From Bacteroidales bacterium (GTDB lineage: Bacteria > Bacteroidota > Bacteroidia > Bacteroidales > G963667975): a DNA stretch of 64,000 nt. The position numbers and the translations under genes were made by a program. The stretch lies in the NCBI GenBank assembly GCA_963667975.1, contig OY764079.1:3671866-3735865 (forward strand), written 5' to 3'. The notes beneath the pieces were generated by a model, which worked only from the letters and a program-made list of their open reading frames with translations, was not told the origin of the DNA and ran no database searches. Below, piece by piece: positions 19,946-30,648 of this stretch; position 1 is the stretch's first letter; the number at the start of each line of letters is the position of its first letter.

Positions 19946-21277
19946 TTATTTTTTTGTACGGTTTCTGATTATTTGACCAACTTCATATTTTCCCAATCGA
20001 ACATAGTCGAGTAAAGGACGACCAGCAGGGCAGGTAAACTGACAAGAGCCACATTCTATACAATCAAGTACCTTTTCTGACTCTGACATTTCGTAATTCT
20101 CAATTTCTGAAAGCTGAGCTAATTTATAAGGTTCCAGTCCCATCGGACAAACGGTAATACATTTTCCACATCGGATACAGTTTTGAACCACAACACGCTT
20201 CGACTCTTTCTGAGTCATAATCAGAATACCTGAAGTACCTTTCATTACGGGAATATCAAGTACATTTAGAGCCTTCCCCATCATTGGGCCACCACTGATA
20301 ACTTTGCCGGTATCTTCGGGCAAGCCTCCTGCAAAATCGATCAGTTCGGCAACAGATGTACCAATGCGAACCATCAGATTACAAGGATTTTTCACTGATT
20401 TTCCAGTAACAGTAATCACACGTTCTATCAAGGGTTTGTTTTTCTGAACAGCTTCGTAAACTGCAAATGCTGTTCCGGCATTGTTTACCACGCAACCAAC
20501 TTCAATCGGAAGTTTTCCGGAAGGAACTTCGCGGTTAACAGCAGCTTTAATCAACTGTTTTTCTGCCCCCTGTGGATATTTAACCTTTAACGGACAAATT
20601 TCAATACCATTAAATTTTGAACAGAGAGATTTCAGATGATTAATCGCATCGGGTTTATTGTTTTCAATTCCAATAATCGCCTTGTTTACTTCCAATGCTT
20701 TCATCAGAATAGAAACTCCTATCATCATTTCTTCACCACGTTCAAGCATTAAACGGTGGTCTGAAGTAAGATATGGCTCACATTCCACTCCATTAATGAT
20801 TAACACCATTGCCTTTTTACCTTCAGGAACCATCAGTTTTACATGAGAAGGAAAAGTTGCTCCACCTAAACCAACAATCCCCATTGCCTTGATACGGTCA
20901 ATGATTTCGAGACGACTCAGGTTTATTTCATATTTAATATCGGAAGAACGGTCGATAGATTCGTCCCATTCATCATCTTCTACATCAATAAATACAGCAG
21001 GACGACGATAACCACTTGTATCAATAATTGTATCGATTTTTGACACTTTGCCTGAAAATGGCGAATGGGTATTTGCTCCGATAAAGCCTTCACTTTTGGC
21101 CAGCAGTTGCCCTACTTTTACGGTAGCACCTTTTTCAACCACAATAGTGGAAGGTGCTCCTAAATGCTGTGTTACAGGAACACAAGCCTGTTTTGGGAGA
21201 GGCAATACCTCGATTACCTTATTTGCCGAAATCTTGTTTTCTTCCGGGTGAACTCCGCCTAATTTAAACGTTTTCAA
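19946..21277 (-). CDS. rnfC: Rnf complex subunit C (NADH-binding, 2x[4Fe-4S]).
   Basis: CIRCGKCITVCP and CIECGSCQFTCP ferredoxin motifs. NADH-binding GGGAT-like region. Confidence 0.9.
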   Translation of the reverse strand: MKTFKLGGVHPEENKISANKVIEVLPLPKQACVPVTQHLGAPSTIVVEKGATVKVGQLLAKSEGFIGANTHSPFSGKVSKIDTIIDTSGYRRPAVFIDVEDDEWDESIDRSSDIKYEINLSRLEIIDRIKAMGIVGLGGATFPSHVKLMVPEGKKAMVLIINGVECEPYLTSDHRLMLERGEEMMIGVSILMKALEVNKAIIGIENNKPDAINHLKSLCSKFNGIEICPLKVKYPQGAEKQLIKAAVNREVPSGKLPIEVGCVVNNAGTAFAVYEAVQKNKPLIERVITVTGKSVKNPCNLMVRIGTSVAELIDFAGGLPEDTGKVISGGPMMGKALNVLDIPVMKGTSGILIMTQKESKRVVVQNCIRCGKCITVCPMGLEPYKLAQLSEIENYEMSESEKVLDCIECGSCQFTCPAGRPLLDYVRLGKYEVGQIIRNRTKK

Positions 21278-21322
21278 TATATTGATCCTCCAGTCAATTA
21301 GAAAGGTTAACGGATATATTTT

Positions 21323-22282
21323 TTATGCTTCGATGGCTTCTGTTGAAGCTTCAGTCTTTTCTTTGCGAGGGGGAAAATTAAGCTCCACAATTGCACTTGT
21401 TGGACAAACTTCCACACACTTCCGACATAATTTACACTTTTCATCATTAATATATGCCAGATTGTTTTCGAGAGTAATCGCTTCGTAAGGACATGTTTTT
21501 ACACATTTTCCGCAACCAATACAAGCAACTTCACAATTTTTCTTAGAAAGAACGCCTTTTTCTTTGTTCACACAGCTCACAAAAATTCTACGGTCTTTTT
21601 TCCCCTTGTAACGAAGTTCAATAATACTTCTCGGACAAGCTTTTACGCAAGCTCCACATGCAACACATTTTTCGTTTGAAACCACAGGAAGCCCGGTAAT
21701 TTCATCAATGTAAATTGCATCAAACTTACAAGAAAATACACAATCACCCAAGCCAAGACATCCATGGGGGCATCCACTTTCACCTGAAAATAAATTGTGT
21801 ACAAACTGACAACTTTTAGCTCCTTCATACTGAGTTTTGGGAGATGCTTTTGCCCTTGAACCATTGCAACGTACCACTGCAATTTTGGGTTCTCCGATAA
21901 TTGCCTCAACACCAATAACAGGTCCGATTTGAGTCATTATCGAAGCTCCTCCCACAGGACAATTAAGATTTTCGAGTGATTCTGCCTTTACAATTGCTTC
22001 CGCAAAATTCCGGCAACCTGCAAAACCACATCCACCACAGTTAGCCCCAGGAAGTAAGTCTGCAACTTCATCGATTTTAGGATCTTCAATAACTTTAAAT
22101 TTTTGGGCTACAATATACAGCACTACTGCTGCAAATACGCCGATAAGGCCCAATGAAATAACGGCATAGAGGACGATTTCGTTCACGCTGTTTTCCTTTA
22201 AGTGTTCGTAATCAGTGTTTAAGAAAGTAACAGGCAAATTTAATAACTTTTCAGAATCTCGGAAATAGTAGATACAGAACAA
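21323..22282 (-). CDS. rnfB: Rnf complex subunit B (polyferredoxin). The N-terminus may start internally at a non-ATG codon.
   Basis: Several CxxCxxCxxxCP motifs (CVACGACVKACP, CIGCGKCVKTCP, CKLCRKCVEVCP). A TM helix (AVISLGLIGVFAAVV) precedes the Cys cluster. Confidence 0.85.
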   Translation of the reverse strand: MFCIYYFRDSEKLLNLPVTFLNTDYEHLKENSVNEIVLYAVISLGLIGVFAAVVLYIVAQKFKVIEDPKIDEVADLLPGANCGGCGFAGCRNFAEAIVKAESLENLNCPVGGASIMTQIGPVIGVEAIIGEPKIAVVRCNGSRAKASPKTQYEGAKSCQFVHNLFSGESGCPHGCLGLGDCVFSCKFDAIYIDEITGLPVVSNEKCVACGACVKACPRSIIELRYKGKKDRRIFVSCVNKEKGVLSKKNCEVACIGCGKCVKTCPYEAITLENNLAYINDEKCKLCRKCVEVCPTSAIVELNFPPRKEKTEASTEAIEA

Positions 22283-22571
22283 TAATTAACACATCTATAA
22301 CACTCATTACAAATAATATAAAAACAAAACCGTCCTGAATTCAGAGAATTCTACAAATATCTACATGCCTAAAAATGAGATGATTAATAAATTATTTAGA
22401 ATCAATATAAATTATATGATTATTGAACAAATTCAGAACAAGTGGAATTTAATCCAGATACCAAAAAAGACTCCTTTACAAACAGCTTAATCGCAGAAAT
22501 AAGTCAACCTCACTATTGAAAGGGCATTATAGTTAAACATCTTACCCAAAAGAAATATGAACAGATTAATC

Positions 22572-22985
22572 CTATTCAATCGAAAATAAGAACTTCTCTT
22601 TAAGACTTTTACGAAACATTGAAAGAACTAAAAAATAGCAACCTGTTGCCAAAAGACTTGTTACGCCTGACAATGCTTCATTACGGGTGACCCCTATCAT
22701 TATAATGAGTGCTGCTATTAAAACAACAAACGGCATTCCATAACCCAGAAATACAGCTAATCCTCCATTGCCAGATGACATTAGTACATTCACGTGCTGA
22801 CCAACTTTGTACCTTAATAAATCTGACACTTCTACTTCTACAATTTTTTCTTTCATCTCCGAAACACTACATGCTCCTTTCGCATGACATGACGAGCAGG
22901 CTGATTGAGATAAAATTGTGATTTTTACTGTATTCTGAACAATCTCAGTAATAATTCCCGGATGCGAAATTGTTTTCTTTTTCAT
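22572..22985 (-). CDS. RseC/MucC-family protein (SoxR-reducing-system-like), first gene of the rnf operon.
   Basis: CSSCHAKGACS Cys motif followed by two C-terminal TM helices. Position upstream of rnfB. Confidence 0.7.
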   Translation of the reverse strand: MKKKTISHPGIITEIVQNTVKITILSQSACSSCHAKGACSVSEMKEKIVEVEVSDLLRYKVGQHVNVLMSSGNGGLAVFLGYGMPFVVLIAALIIMIGVTRNEALSGVTSLLATGCYFLVLSMFRKSLKEKFLFSIE

Positions 22986-23070
22986 AACACAAAGATAAAA
23001 TATCAATCTATTTATAAATGAATTAAATTTGCTGATCAATACTAATTACGCTAAATTTATTTTTTAAGCT

Positions 23071-23505
23071 TTGGTCGCTATGATTGATATTTCTCACCTC
23101 CATCCAATGGCAGTGCATTTCCCAATTGCTCTGATTTTAACAGGCCTAATATTTGATATCATCTCCTTTTTTCGAAAAGATGATTTATTTTATTCAAGAG
23201 CAGGGTTATATCTGATTGTATTGGGAAGTATCGGAGCTTTACTGGGGTATTTAACCGGAGAATTCTTCACGAAAGAACTGAAAGGTGAAGCTGGTGAATT
23301 AAAGGAATTGCATGAGTTTTTTGCGAAAGCCTCAATGTTTATTCTTTTAGCAGTATCGGCATTCCGAATTTACATTATTTACAAACCATTAAACATCAAA
23401 AATATTCGGTTAGCCATTTTGGGTGTGGAATTTATCGGAGCTATTTCGTTAGGTATTGCGGGCTATCTGGGCGGGTCTCTGGTGTATAATTACCTGATTA
23501 AATAG
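23071..23505 (+). CDS. Small 4-TM membrane protein (DUF2231-like) with His-rich first helix.
   Basis: HLHPMAVHFPIALILTGLIFD and three further TM helices. Confidence 0.5.
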   Translation: MVAMIDISHLHPMAVHFPIALILTGLIFDIISFFRKDDLFYSRAGLYLIVLGSIGALLGYLTGEFFTKELKGEAGELKELHEFFAKASMFILLAVSAFRIYIIYKPLNIKNIRLAILGVEFIGAISLGIAGYLGGSLVYNYLIK

Positions 23506-23528
23506 TAACCAACATCGTAAGTAGGATT

Positions 23529-24059
23529 CTAAATTAACGGTTTTAGCGCAGAAATATTCTGCTCCACAAACGTACTTCCGGGAGTGTGACCACATTCTCT
23601 ACATGAAAAATCATACCACCCATTCATCGTGCCACACTCTTTACAGGTGTAATGTTCTATCATTTCGTTAAACCATGCTTCCCAACCAATTTCTTTAATT
23701 CGTTCCTGAGATTTCCATAATTCAACCCTGTGAGGCATTTTTGACTGGAATTCTTTAAAGCCGTCACATGGAAATTCATTGCATTGTCCGCAAAAATCTA
23801 CCCCTCTTTCATCAGCACATTTAATCATAAAACAATCTTTGCAAAATTCCATTTTCGTTTGCGTTCTACAACCCGTGCATCGTACTTTTTCATAAGGCAA
23901 ATTCATCCTGAGCGCAATTTTTTTCAGATTTTCCTCATTGTTTTCAAGGGTAGAGTAATATACACCACATGCATGACAAAATAATCCGCAAACACTAACC
24001 AGTGCTTTGTCAGGAGCAATATTCTGATTCATCTCTTTCAAGGATAAAAGTTTGTTCAA
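23529..24059 (-). CDS. Cys-rich protein (DUF3795-like), probable metal/FeS-binding.
   Basis: CGLFCHACGVYY, CTGC, CKDC, CGQCNEFPC and CKECG...CRECG motifs. Confidence 0.5.
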   Translation of the reverse strand: MNKLLSLKEMNQNIAPDKALVSVCGLFCHACGVYYSTLENNEENLKKIALRMNLPYEKVRCTGCRTQTKMEFCKDCFMIKCADERGVDFCGQCNEFPCDGFKEFQSKMPHRVELWKSQERIKEIGWEAWFNEMIEHYTCKECGTMNGWYDFSCRECGHTPGSTFVEQNISALKPLI

Positions 24060-24140
24060 AGGTAAGCATATTCAATTTTCAATTCTGAAACAACTCGGAA
24101 TAAATTTACAAGCAGGTAATCAGCAGATCAAAATACAATA

Positions 24141-24659
24141 TCAGAATCTGAATGAATATCCTATTGATATCTTAACAGGAATAACACTGAAGGAGCCAAT
24201 GCTTTCAACCCGCACATATTCACTTTCAAAAACCTCTCTGTAATCACGTTTTCCATATTGAAAATCAACGCCCAAGTTTATGGAATGTTTCTGTTTCTTT
24301 CCAAGAAACCTACTAAAATCCAATCCACAACCAATCACTGGAGTAGTCGCTTTATAATAATCATTTTCAACCACATATACTCCTCCAAATAAATTTACAG
24401 AAAGAGCTGTTTTTTTCTTTTGCAGAAAAAAATACCCGATTTTTGTATTCCATACAATATCATCGAATGCATTATTAATATCATGATTAGCAATTCCAAC
24501 TTCCATCCCTACATAAACTGGCAATGAGCTTACTGAACGAGAATATGCAAGATTTATCTGATTGAATCCTAATTCAATGGATATAAAATTTATCTTTTGA
24601 CAATATACATGTGCACAAATCAGAATTGCAGTAAACGTTAGCATTGTTTTCATCTTCAT
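24141..24659 (-). CDS. Outer-membrane beta-barrel protein (hypothetical).
   Basis: Signal peptide. Alternating amphipathic beta-strands. C-terminal ...SIGYSFRF aromatic terminus. Confidence 0.45.
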   Translation of the reverse strand: MKMKTMLTFTAILICAHVYCQKINFISIELGFNQINLAYSRSVSSLPVYVGMEVGIANHDINNAFDDIVWNTKIGYFFLQKKKTALSVNLFGGVYVVENDYYKATTPVIGCGLDFSRFLGKKQKHSINLGVDFQYGKRDYREVFESEYVRVESIGSFSVIPVKISIGYSFRF

Positions 24660-25390
24660 TATTGAATAACTGTTTCTACAACAACTTGTTTAACAATTTC
24701 CCGAGCAGTAGTTATTTCCGATAAATCCGGGTAAAGATTTCCACTGGAACCATCAGGACTGCTATGCCCAATAAGTTTTAAAGTAACCTTGTTTGTGGAA
24801 GAATTAAGTATTCCGGAATAAACCAGTGCCGGTTGACCACTTCCCATTTTTCCACCTGAATAATATTGAGAACCTTCAGGAGCATCCTTTGTATAAAAAT
24901 CGTTGAAATCAACAGAATGGTTAAATTCCGCCTTAATAATTATAGGGTAAAAAATTGTATTCAATTTCACCAGCATCTCTTTATCTGATTTCGGTGTAGC
25001 GCCCGTAATCCCATCAGTTAAAGGTTTGTCTTTAGTTGGAAGATATAAACCATCGGCATATTGTTTTCCACGTTGATGACACCAATATGGAAGTGCTTCT
25101 TTACGGCGGTTTCCGCCGTTCATTATCCAGCCTTCTGTTGCAATTTTACTACTTGCATAAAGAGTTGTTATATACTGACCGTTGGTATCTTCAATCCAAA
25201 CGGCAAATTGAGGTGGATTTTTTTTAGAAAGACCTAAAAAGAGAGGGAAATCGTGATTCCACCCTTTCCCTGTCTCAATTTTCAGTTTTAAATCGCCTTG
25301 AGAATAATTCAATTCTTCTTTTTCGCAGGATGTAGCCATCAGAATGACGGTTAACATTAAAAAAACACTCAATTTCATTTTCATAATCAT
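24659..25390 (-). CDS. Lipoprotein with an ApbE-type flavinylation-like motif (DUF2271-like?).
   Basis: Lipobox MATSC. The DGITGATPKS motif resembles the D-x-[ST]-G-A-T FMN-attachment site. Confidence 0.5.
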   Translation of the reverse strand: MIMKMKLSVFLMLTVILMATSCEKEELNYSQGDLKLKIETGKGWNHDFPLFLGLSKKNPPQFAVWIEDTNGQYITTLYASSKIATEGWIMNGGNRRKEALPYWCHQRGKQYADGLYLPTKDKPLTDGITGATPKSDKEMLVKLNTIFYPIIIKAEFNHSVDFNDFYTKDAPEGSQYYSGGKMGSGQPALVYSGILNSSTNKVTLKLIGHSSPDGSSGNLYPDLSEITTAREIVKQVVVETVIQ

Positions 25391-25486
25391 TTAGTAATTA
25401 ATCGAGTGCAAAATAAACGGGAATCAAGAGCATAACTCTTGATATAAATCAAGAAAAACGAAGCAGCAAAAAATTTCGAGAATGGA

Positions 25487-26068
25487 TTAGCCTATAATTT
25501 TGCGACGTACACGACTCAATGTTTCGGGAGAGATCCCCAGATAAGATGCAATATATTGCAATGGAATTGATTTTACGAACTCCGGATTTTGACTCAAAAG
25601 ATTTTGATAGCGTTCTTCTGCAGATTGAAAGAGAAGACTAAAAAGATGTTTTTCAGAAGTTATTGCTACCTGCTCTGCAATAACTCTTCCCAAATGCTCA
25701 ATTGCATGAGATTTTTGATAAAGATCCTCTAAATCATGCTTATAAAGCACAAGTAGCTGCATTTCGTCCATTGCCTGAACGTTTACTTTTGATATATTCC
25801 CGGTAATTAAGCTTGTATAAGACGTAACAAAACCAGGAGCAAAATAAAAGTCACTGGTAATTTCAATTCCTTCATTATTAAAATGATAAAACCGAAAATA
25901 ACCATTCATAAAAAAAACAACCTTATCACAAATCTGGTTCATCTCCACAAGATGTTCGCGTTTTTGAATATGCTTAAATTGGAGAATTTCTTGCAATTGT
26001 GCCAGTTCTGAATCTGATAAAGGAATAATTTGCCTGATATATTTTCTGAATTCTGAATACAAATCCAT
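25487..26068 (-). CDS. Crp/Fnr-family transcriptional regulator.
   Basis: cNMP-binding beta-roll plus C-terminal HTH (IASYLGISPETLSRVRRK). Confidence 0.8.
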   Translation of the reverse strand: MDLYSEFRKYIRQIIPLSDSELAQLQEILQFKHIQKREHLVEMNQICDKVVFFMNGYFRFYHFNNEGIEITSDFYFAPGFVTSYTSLITGNISKVNVQAMDEMQLLVLYKHDLEDLYQKSHAIEHLGRVIAEQVAITSEKHLFSLLFQSAEERYQNLLSQNPEFVKSIPLQYIASYLGISPETLSRVRRKIIG

Positions 26069-26092
26069 TTCGGTGGGATTAGAGTTGCAAAA

Positions 26093-26788
26093 TTAAGGAG
26101 TTGAAAGCGAAACAGGAATTATTTTTCCATTCATGTATTTATGAGCATTTATGCTGAAGTCCATAATAAAGCGAGCCATCTCCTCAGGCTTCAAAGGTGC
26201 GTTGTATTCAGGAAAGGCTGTTGAGAGCATTTCAGTTTGTACAGCTCCTAATGCCAGACTATTAAATGCAATTTTTTCACATTGATACTCAGCAGCCAGG
26301 CTTTCGGTAAGTACAGCTACGGCTCCTTTTGAAGCGGAATACAACGAGAGCCCTTTAAATTTAACACTCCCCTGATAACCACCCATGCTACTAATCGTAA
26401 CTACATGCGAACCTGGTTTTAGCAAAGCAATTAGCTTTTGAGTAAGCGAAATAATTCCCCATACATTTACCGTAAATATTCTGGTAAAATCATCCTGTGT
26501 AAATTCCTGAAATGACTTATGAATCAGCATCCCTGCATTATGAATTACAATATCCAGATTCTGGATTTTCAGCTTTAGGTTTTCAGTGAAATATTCTACA
26601 TCCACATCATTTACCAAATCTACTTTAAAGCAGTTAATCTCATTCAAAAGCAATTTTGATTGATTGAGCTCTGTCAGATGCTCAATATTTCTGGAAACAG
26701 CAAAAACAGAACAATCGGGCAACTGAGCAAACAATTTACAAAGTTCAAAGCCTATTCCTTTCCCGGCACCGGTAATTAATACATTCAT
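26093..26788 (-). CDS. Short-chain dehydrogenase/reductase (SDR).
   Basis: TGAGKGIG Rossmann motif, NAG, and a YSASK catalytic motif. Confidence 0.85.
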   Translation of the reverse strand: MNVLITGAGKGIGFELCKLFAQLPDCSVFAVSRNIEHLTELNQSKLLLNEINCFKVDLVNDVDVEYFTENLKLKIQNLDIVIHNAGMLIHKSFQEFTQDDFTRIFTVNVWGIISLTQKLIALLKPGSHVVTISSMGGYQGSVKFKGLSLYSASKGAVAVLTESLAAEYQCEKIAFNSLALGAVQTEMLSTAFPEYNAPLKPEEMARFIMDFSINAHKYMNGKIIPVSLSTP

Positions 26789-26940
26789 TTTTCAGGAATT
26801 ATTATATGAAGTGAACGCAGTGTACAGAAAAATGTTTACTTTTGCCGCACAAAACCTAAGCAAATATAGATAATTGCCGGGTTGAGATATTTTTTTTTGA
26901 AAAAAATAGACTCAAGCAATTACAATTCAAAAATAATGCT

Positions 26941-26948
26941 TACTTTTG
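26941..26948 (+). promoter_or_regulatory. Bacteroidota -7 promoter element (TAnnTTTG) upstream of rpsO.
   Basis: The tacttttg motif lies 35 nt before the rpsO ATG. Confidence 0.3.
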
Positions 26949-26982
26949 CAACCCATTAAAATAACGTAAAGGATTTCTGGAT

Positions 26983-27252
26983 ATGTATTTAACAGCGGAA
27001 GTTAAACAAGACATTTTCAAAGGATACGGTAAATCTGAAACCGATACCGGTTCGGCAGAAGCTCAAATCGCATTGTTTACTCACAGGATTAAACATCTTA
27101 CCGAACACTTAAAGATCAACAAAAAAGACAAGGTAACTCAACGTTCGTTGGTACGCTTAGTAGGTAAAAGAAGAAAACTTCTTGATTACTTAAAGGCGAA
27201 AGAAATCAACCGTTACCGCGAAATCATCCAGAAACTGAACCTCAGAAAGTAA
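26983..27252 (+). CDS. rpsO: 30S ribosomal protein S15.
   Basis: 89 aa. Conserved S15 sequence (GSAEAQIALFTHRIKHLTEHLK..D..S.R.L...V.KRRKLL.YL). Confidence 0.95.
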   Translation: MYLTAEVKQDIFKGYGKSETDTGSAEAQIALFTHRIKHLTEHLKINKKDKVTQRSLVRLVGKRRKLLDYLKAKEINRYREIIQKLNLRK

Positions 27253-27273
27253 GGATATTAAAAAGATTGATAA

Positions 27274-27305
27274 AAAGGCAATTAATTCTAATTGCCTTTT
27301 TTTGT
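27274..27305 (+). terminator. Rho-independent terminator/attenuator between rpsO and pnp.
   Basis: aaaggcaatt-aattct-aattgccttt followed by ttttgtatttttg. Confidence 0.6.
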
Positions 27306-27335
27306 ATTTTTGAAAAAAACTAAATCGAGACAAAC

Positions 27336-29465
27336 ATGATTGGAACCTCAAAAAGCTTTGACTTAGGAGACGGAAGAAAAATCACCATAGAAACAGGTAA
27401 ATTAGCAAAACAGGCAGATGGCTCTTGTGTGGTACGTATGGGAGACACAATGCTTTTAGCAACGGTATGTTCAAAAAAAGATGCAGCTGACAATGTTGAC
27501 TTTATGCCATTATCAGTAGATTATCAGGAAAAATACGCATCCATGGGCCGCTTTCCGGGCGGTTTTTTTAAACGCGAAGCACGCCCAAGTGAATACGAAA
27601 TTCTCGTTTCACGTTTAGTTGACCGTGCCCTTCGTCCTCTATTTCCCGACAATTATCATGCGGAAACGCAAGTCCTGATTACCTTAATTTCAGGCGAAAA
27701 AGATACTGCTCCTGATGCTCTGGCTGCTTTAGCGGCTTCATCGGCCCTGGCTGTTTCTGATATTCCGTTCAATGGTCCTATTTCGGAAGTACGTGTTTGC
27801 CGGATCAATGGACAATTTGTAATCAACCCATCTTTATCCGAAATACCAACTGCTGACCTAGACCTTATGGTTGCCGCTTCTATTGACAACATTAATATGG
27901 TTGAAGGCGAAATGAAAGAAGTGAGCGAAGAGGTGATGGCTGAAGCAATCAAATTTGCTCATGAAGCAATCAAAATACAATGCCGTGCCCAGTTAGAACT
28001 TGCCGAAATGGTTGGGGCTACTCAAAAACGTGAATATTGCCACGAAAAACATGACCCTGAACTAAAAGAACGTATGCAGGCTGAACTGTATCAAAAAGCG
28101 TATGCTGTTGCTCGTTCAATCATCAAAAACAAACATGAACGTGGCGAAGCTTTTGACAAAGTTGTTGCTGAATTTACCGAAACGCTCTCCGAAGAAGAAC
28201 GTGCTGAAAAAGCTCCTTTGATCAAACGTTATTATCACGACATTGAAAAAGAAGCCGTTCGTAATATGATTCTGGATGAGAAAATCCGTCTGGATGGCCG
28301 TAAACTTGATGAAATCCGCCCAATCTGGAGTGAAGTTGACTATTTACCTTCAGCTCATGGCTCAGCAATCTTCACCCGCGGCGAAACACAATCTCTTACA
28401 ACGGTTACACTTGGTACCAAGCTTGACGAACAGGTAATTGACGGCGCTGTAATTGAAGGAAAAAACAATTTTATCCTCCACTATAATTTTCCTCCTTTTT
28501 CAACCGGAGAAGTGAAGCCTATGCGCGGCACAGGCCGCCGTGAAGTTGGTCACGGAAATCTTGCATTACGTGCTCTCAAACAAGTACTTCCAGATAATAA
28601 TCCATATACATTACGTGTTGTATCTGATATTCTTGAATCAAACGGATCCTCTTCAATGGCAACTGTTTGTGCAGGCACACTCGCATTGATGGATGCTGGT
28701 ATTCAGATTAAAAAACCAGTTACCGGAATTGCAATGGGTTTAATAACCGACACTCAAAACGGTAAGTTTGCAGTACTTTCTGATATTCTGGGTGATGAAG
28801 ATCATCTGGGAGACATGGACTTCAAGGTTTGTGGTACCCGTGATGGTATCACAGCTTGTCAGATGGACATAAAAGTTGACGGTCTTCCGTACGAAGTTTT
28901 GGCACAGGCTCTGGATCAGGCTCGTCGTGGTCGTTTACATATTATGGATGAAATTGCAAAAACCATCACGGAACCTCGCGAAGATTACAAGCCTCATGCA
29001 CCACGTGTGGTTCAAATGATTATTCCTCGCGAATTTATCGGAGCTGTAATTGGAACCGGCGGTAAGGTTATCCAAGAAATCCAGCGCGAAACCGGCACAA
29101 CCATCGTTATAGAGGAAGTTGGTGATAAAGGAGTTATCGACATTGTTTCTTCAGATAAAGAATCACTTGATAAAGCCTATAACCGCATCAAAGGAATTAC
29201 AACAGTACCGGAAGTGGGCGAAATTTACGAAGGTGTTGTTAAAAGTATTCAGCCATTTGGAGCATTTGTTGAAATTCTGCCTGGAAAAGATGGTCTGCTT
29301 CATATTTCTGAAATAGACTGGTCACGCGTTGCAAATGTTGAAGACTTCCTTAAAATTGGAGACGAAATTCAGGTTAAGCTGGTTGAAATAGACCCTAAAA
29401 CCAATAAACTACGTTTATCACGTAAAGTTCTTCTCCCCAAACCGGAAAAGAAACAACAATCATAA
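27336..29465 (+). CDS. pnp: Polynucleotide phosphorylase (PNPase).
   Basis: 709 aa. Two RNase PH domains, then KH ([15 protein letters not shown]) and S1 ([20 protein letters not shown]) domains. Confidence 0.95.
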   Translation: MIGTSKSFDLGDGRKITIETGKLAKQADGSCVVRMGDTMLLATVCSKKDAADNVDFMPLSVDYQEKYASMGRFPGGFFKREARPSEYEILVSRLVDRALRPLFPDNYHAETQVLITLISGEKDTAPDALAALAASSALAVSDIPFNGPISEVRVCRINGQFVINPSLSEIPTADLDLMVAASIDNINMVEGEMKEVSEEVMAEAIKFAHEAIKIQCRAQLELAEMVGATQKREYCHEKHDPELKERMQAELYQKAYAVARSIIKNKHERGEAFDKVVAEFTETLSEEERAEKAPLIKRYYHDIEKEAVRNMILDEKIRLDGRKLDEIRPIWSEVDYLPSAHGSAIFTRGETQSLTTVTLGTKLDEQVIDGAVIEGKNNFILHYNFPPFSTGEVKPMRGTGRREVGHGNLALRALKQVLPDNNPYTLRVVSDILESNGSSSMATVCAGTLALMDAGIQIKKPVTGIAMGLITDTQNGKFAVLSDILGDEDHLGDMDFKVCGTRDGITACQMDIKVDGLPYEVLAQALDQARRGRLHIMDEIAKTITEPREDYKPHAPRVVQMIIPREFIGAVIGTGGKVIQEIQRETGTTIVIEEVGDKGVIDIVSSDKESLDKAYNRIKGITTVPEVGEIYEGVVKSIQPFGAFVEILPGKDGLLHISEIDWSRVANVEDFLKIGDEIQVKLVEIDPKTNKLRLSRKVLLPKPEKKQQS

Positions 29466-29482
29466 CGATTTAATATGAAGAA

Positions 29483-29513
29483 AAGGCTGCTGATAAAAAC
29501 GCAGCCTTTTTTG
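29483..29513 (+). terminator. Rho-independent terminator after pnp.
   Basis: aaggctgc-tgataaaaac-gcagcctt followed by ttttgtt. Confidence 0.65.
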
Positions 29514-29625
29514 TTACCTTTGTAACAGAAAATAACTTCGAAATCATTTAAATGCACTTTGGCATAATGCCCGGAGTAATTAAGACTGAATTTATACTTT
29601 GATTATTAATAATCAGCATATTCAC

Positions 29626-30276
29626 ATGAAAAACATCATCATAGCCCCATCCATGCTTTCAGCCAACTTTGCCAATCTGAATACTGACATTGAAATGGTA
29701 AACAAGAGCCAGGCTGACTGGTTTCACATTGATGTAATGGATGGAATGTTTGTCCCAAACATCTCTTTCGGACCTGTTGTAATCAAACACATTCAGAAGT
29801 ACGCAAAAAAACCTTTGGATGTACACTTAATGATTATGGATCCAGATCGTTACTTTGAAGAGTTTAAAGCATGTGGAGCAGAATATCTTACAATACATTA
29901 CGAAGCCTGCACACACCTTCATCGTTCGGTTCAGCGAATCAAATCTCTGGGAATGAAAGCGGGCGTAGCTCTTAATCCACATACTCCGGTACACCTGCTT
30001 ACTGATATTATCGGAGATCTGGATATGGTATTAATCATGTCCGTAAATCCGGGGTTTGGAGGACAATCCTTTATTCCTCAGGCATTACGAAAAATAACTG
30101 AACTCAGAGCGATGACCGAAAACAGAAATCCTGATTGCATAATTGAAGTTGACGGAGGAGTTGGACCAAATAATATTCAGAAACTGATAAAAGCCGGAGC
30201 TAATGCGTTTGTAGCCGGAAATTCTGTTTTTGCTTCTGAAAATCCGATGGAAACAATCGCATTGATGAAGCAATAA
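29626..30276 (+). CDS. rpe: Ribulose-phosphate 3-epimerase.
   Basis: MKNIIIAPSMLSANFANL...HIDVMDG...VHLM..DP TIM-barrel motifs. The ORF opens at 29599 but the internal ATG at 29626 fits the family N-terminus. Confidence 0.9.
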   Translation: MKNIIIAPSMLSANFANLNTDIEMVNKSQADWFHIDVMDGMFVPNISFGPVVIKHIQKYAKKPLDVHLMIMDPDRYFEEFKACGAEYLTIHYEACTHLHRSVQRIKSLGMKAGVALNPHTPVHLLTDIIGDLDMVLIMSVNPGFGGQSFIPQALRKITELRAMTENRNPDCIIEVDGGVGPNNIQKLIKAGANAFVAGNSVFASENPMETIALMKQ

Positions 30277-30648
30277 ACATACAATATTGAATGAGGAGGG
30301 ACTGTCTCAATCCTCTCCTCATTAAGTAAAAGACTTTTCCGGTCATCGAAACTCAGTCTGACAACTATGTATATTGGGTCCCAAAAGTCGGGAAAACATA
30401 TGCTGATTGCAGCTCTTGAGATAACCTCTTTTCATTTTTAAACACTCAGAAATAAATTTTTCAGAACTATTCTCCATTCAATTAAAAAAAACATACATTT
30501 GCGATGTTCGTTTTTTTAAAGTTGTTGTTTTGACTTTTAATTCTATAATCAACCACACATACTGATTATCTGAATATTGACCCAAATGCACACTTTAGAA
30601 TCAGAAAAAAACATACAAATTTCTCTCAACAAATAAACGTTTAAAATT

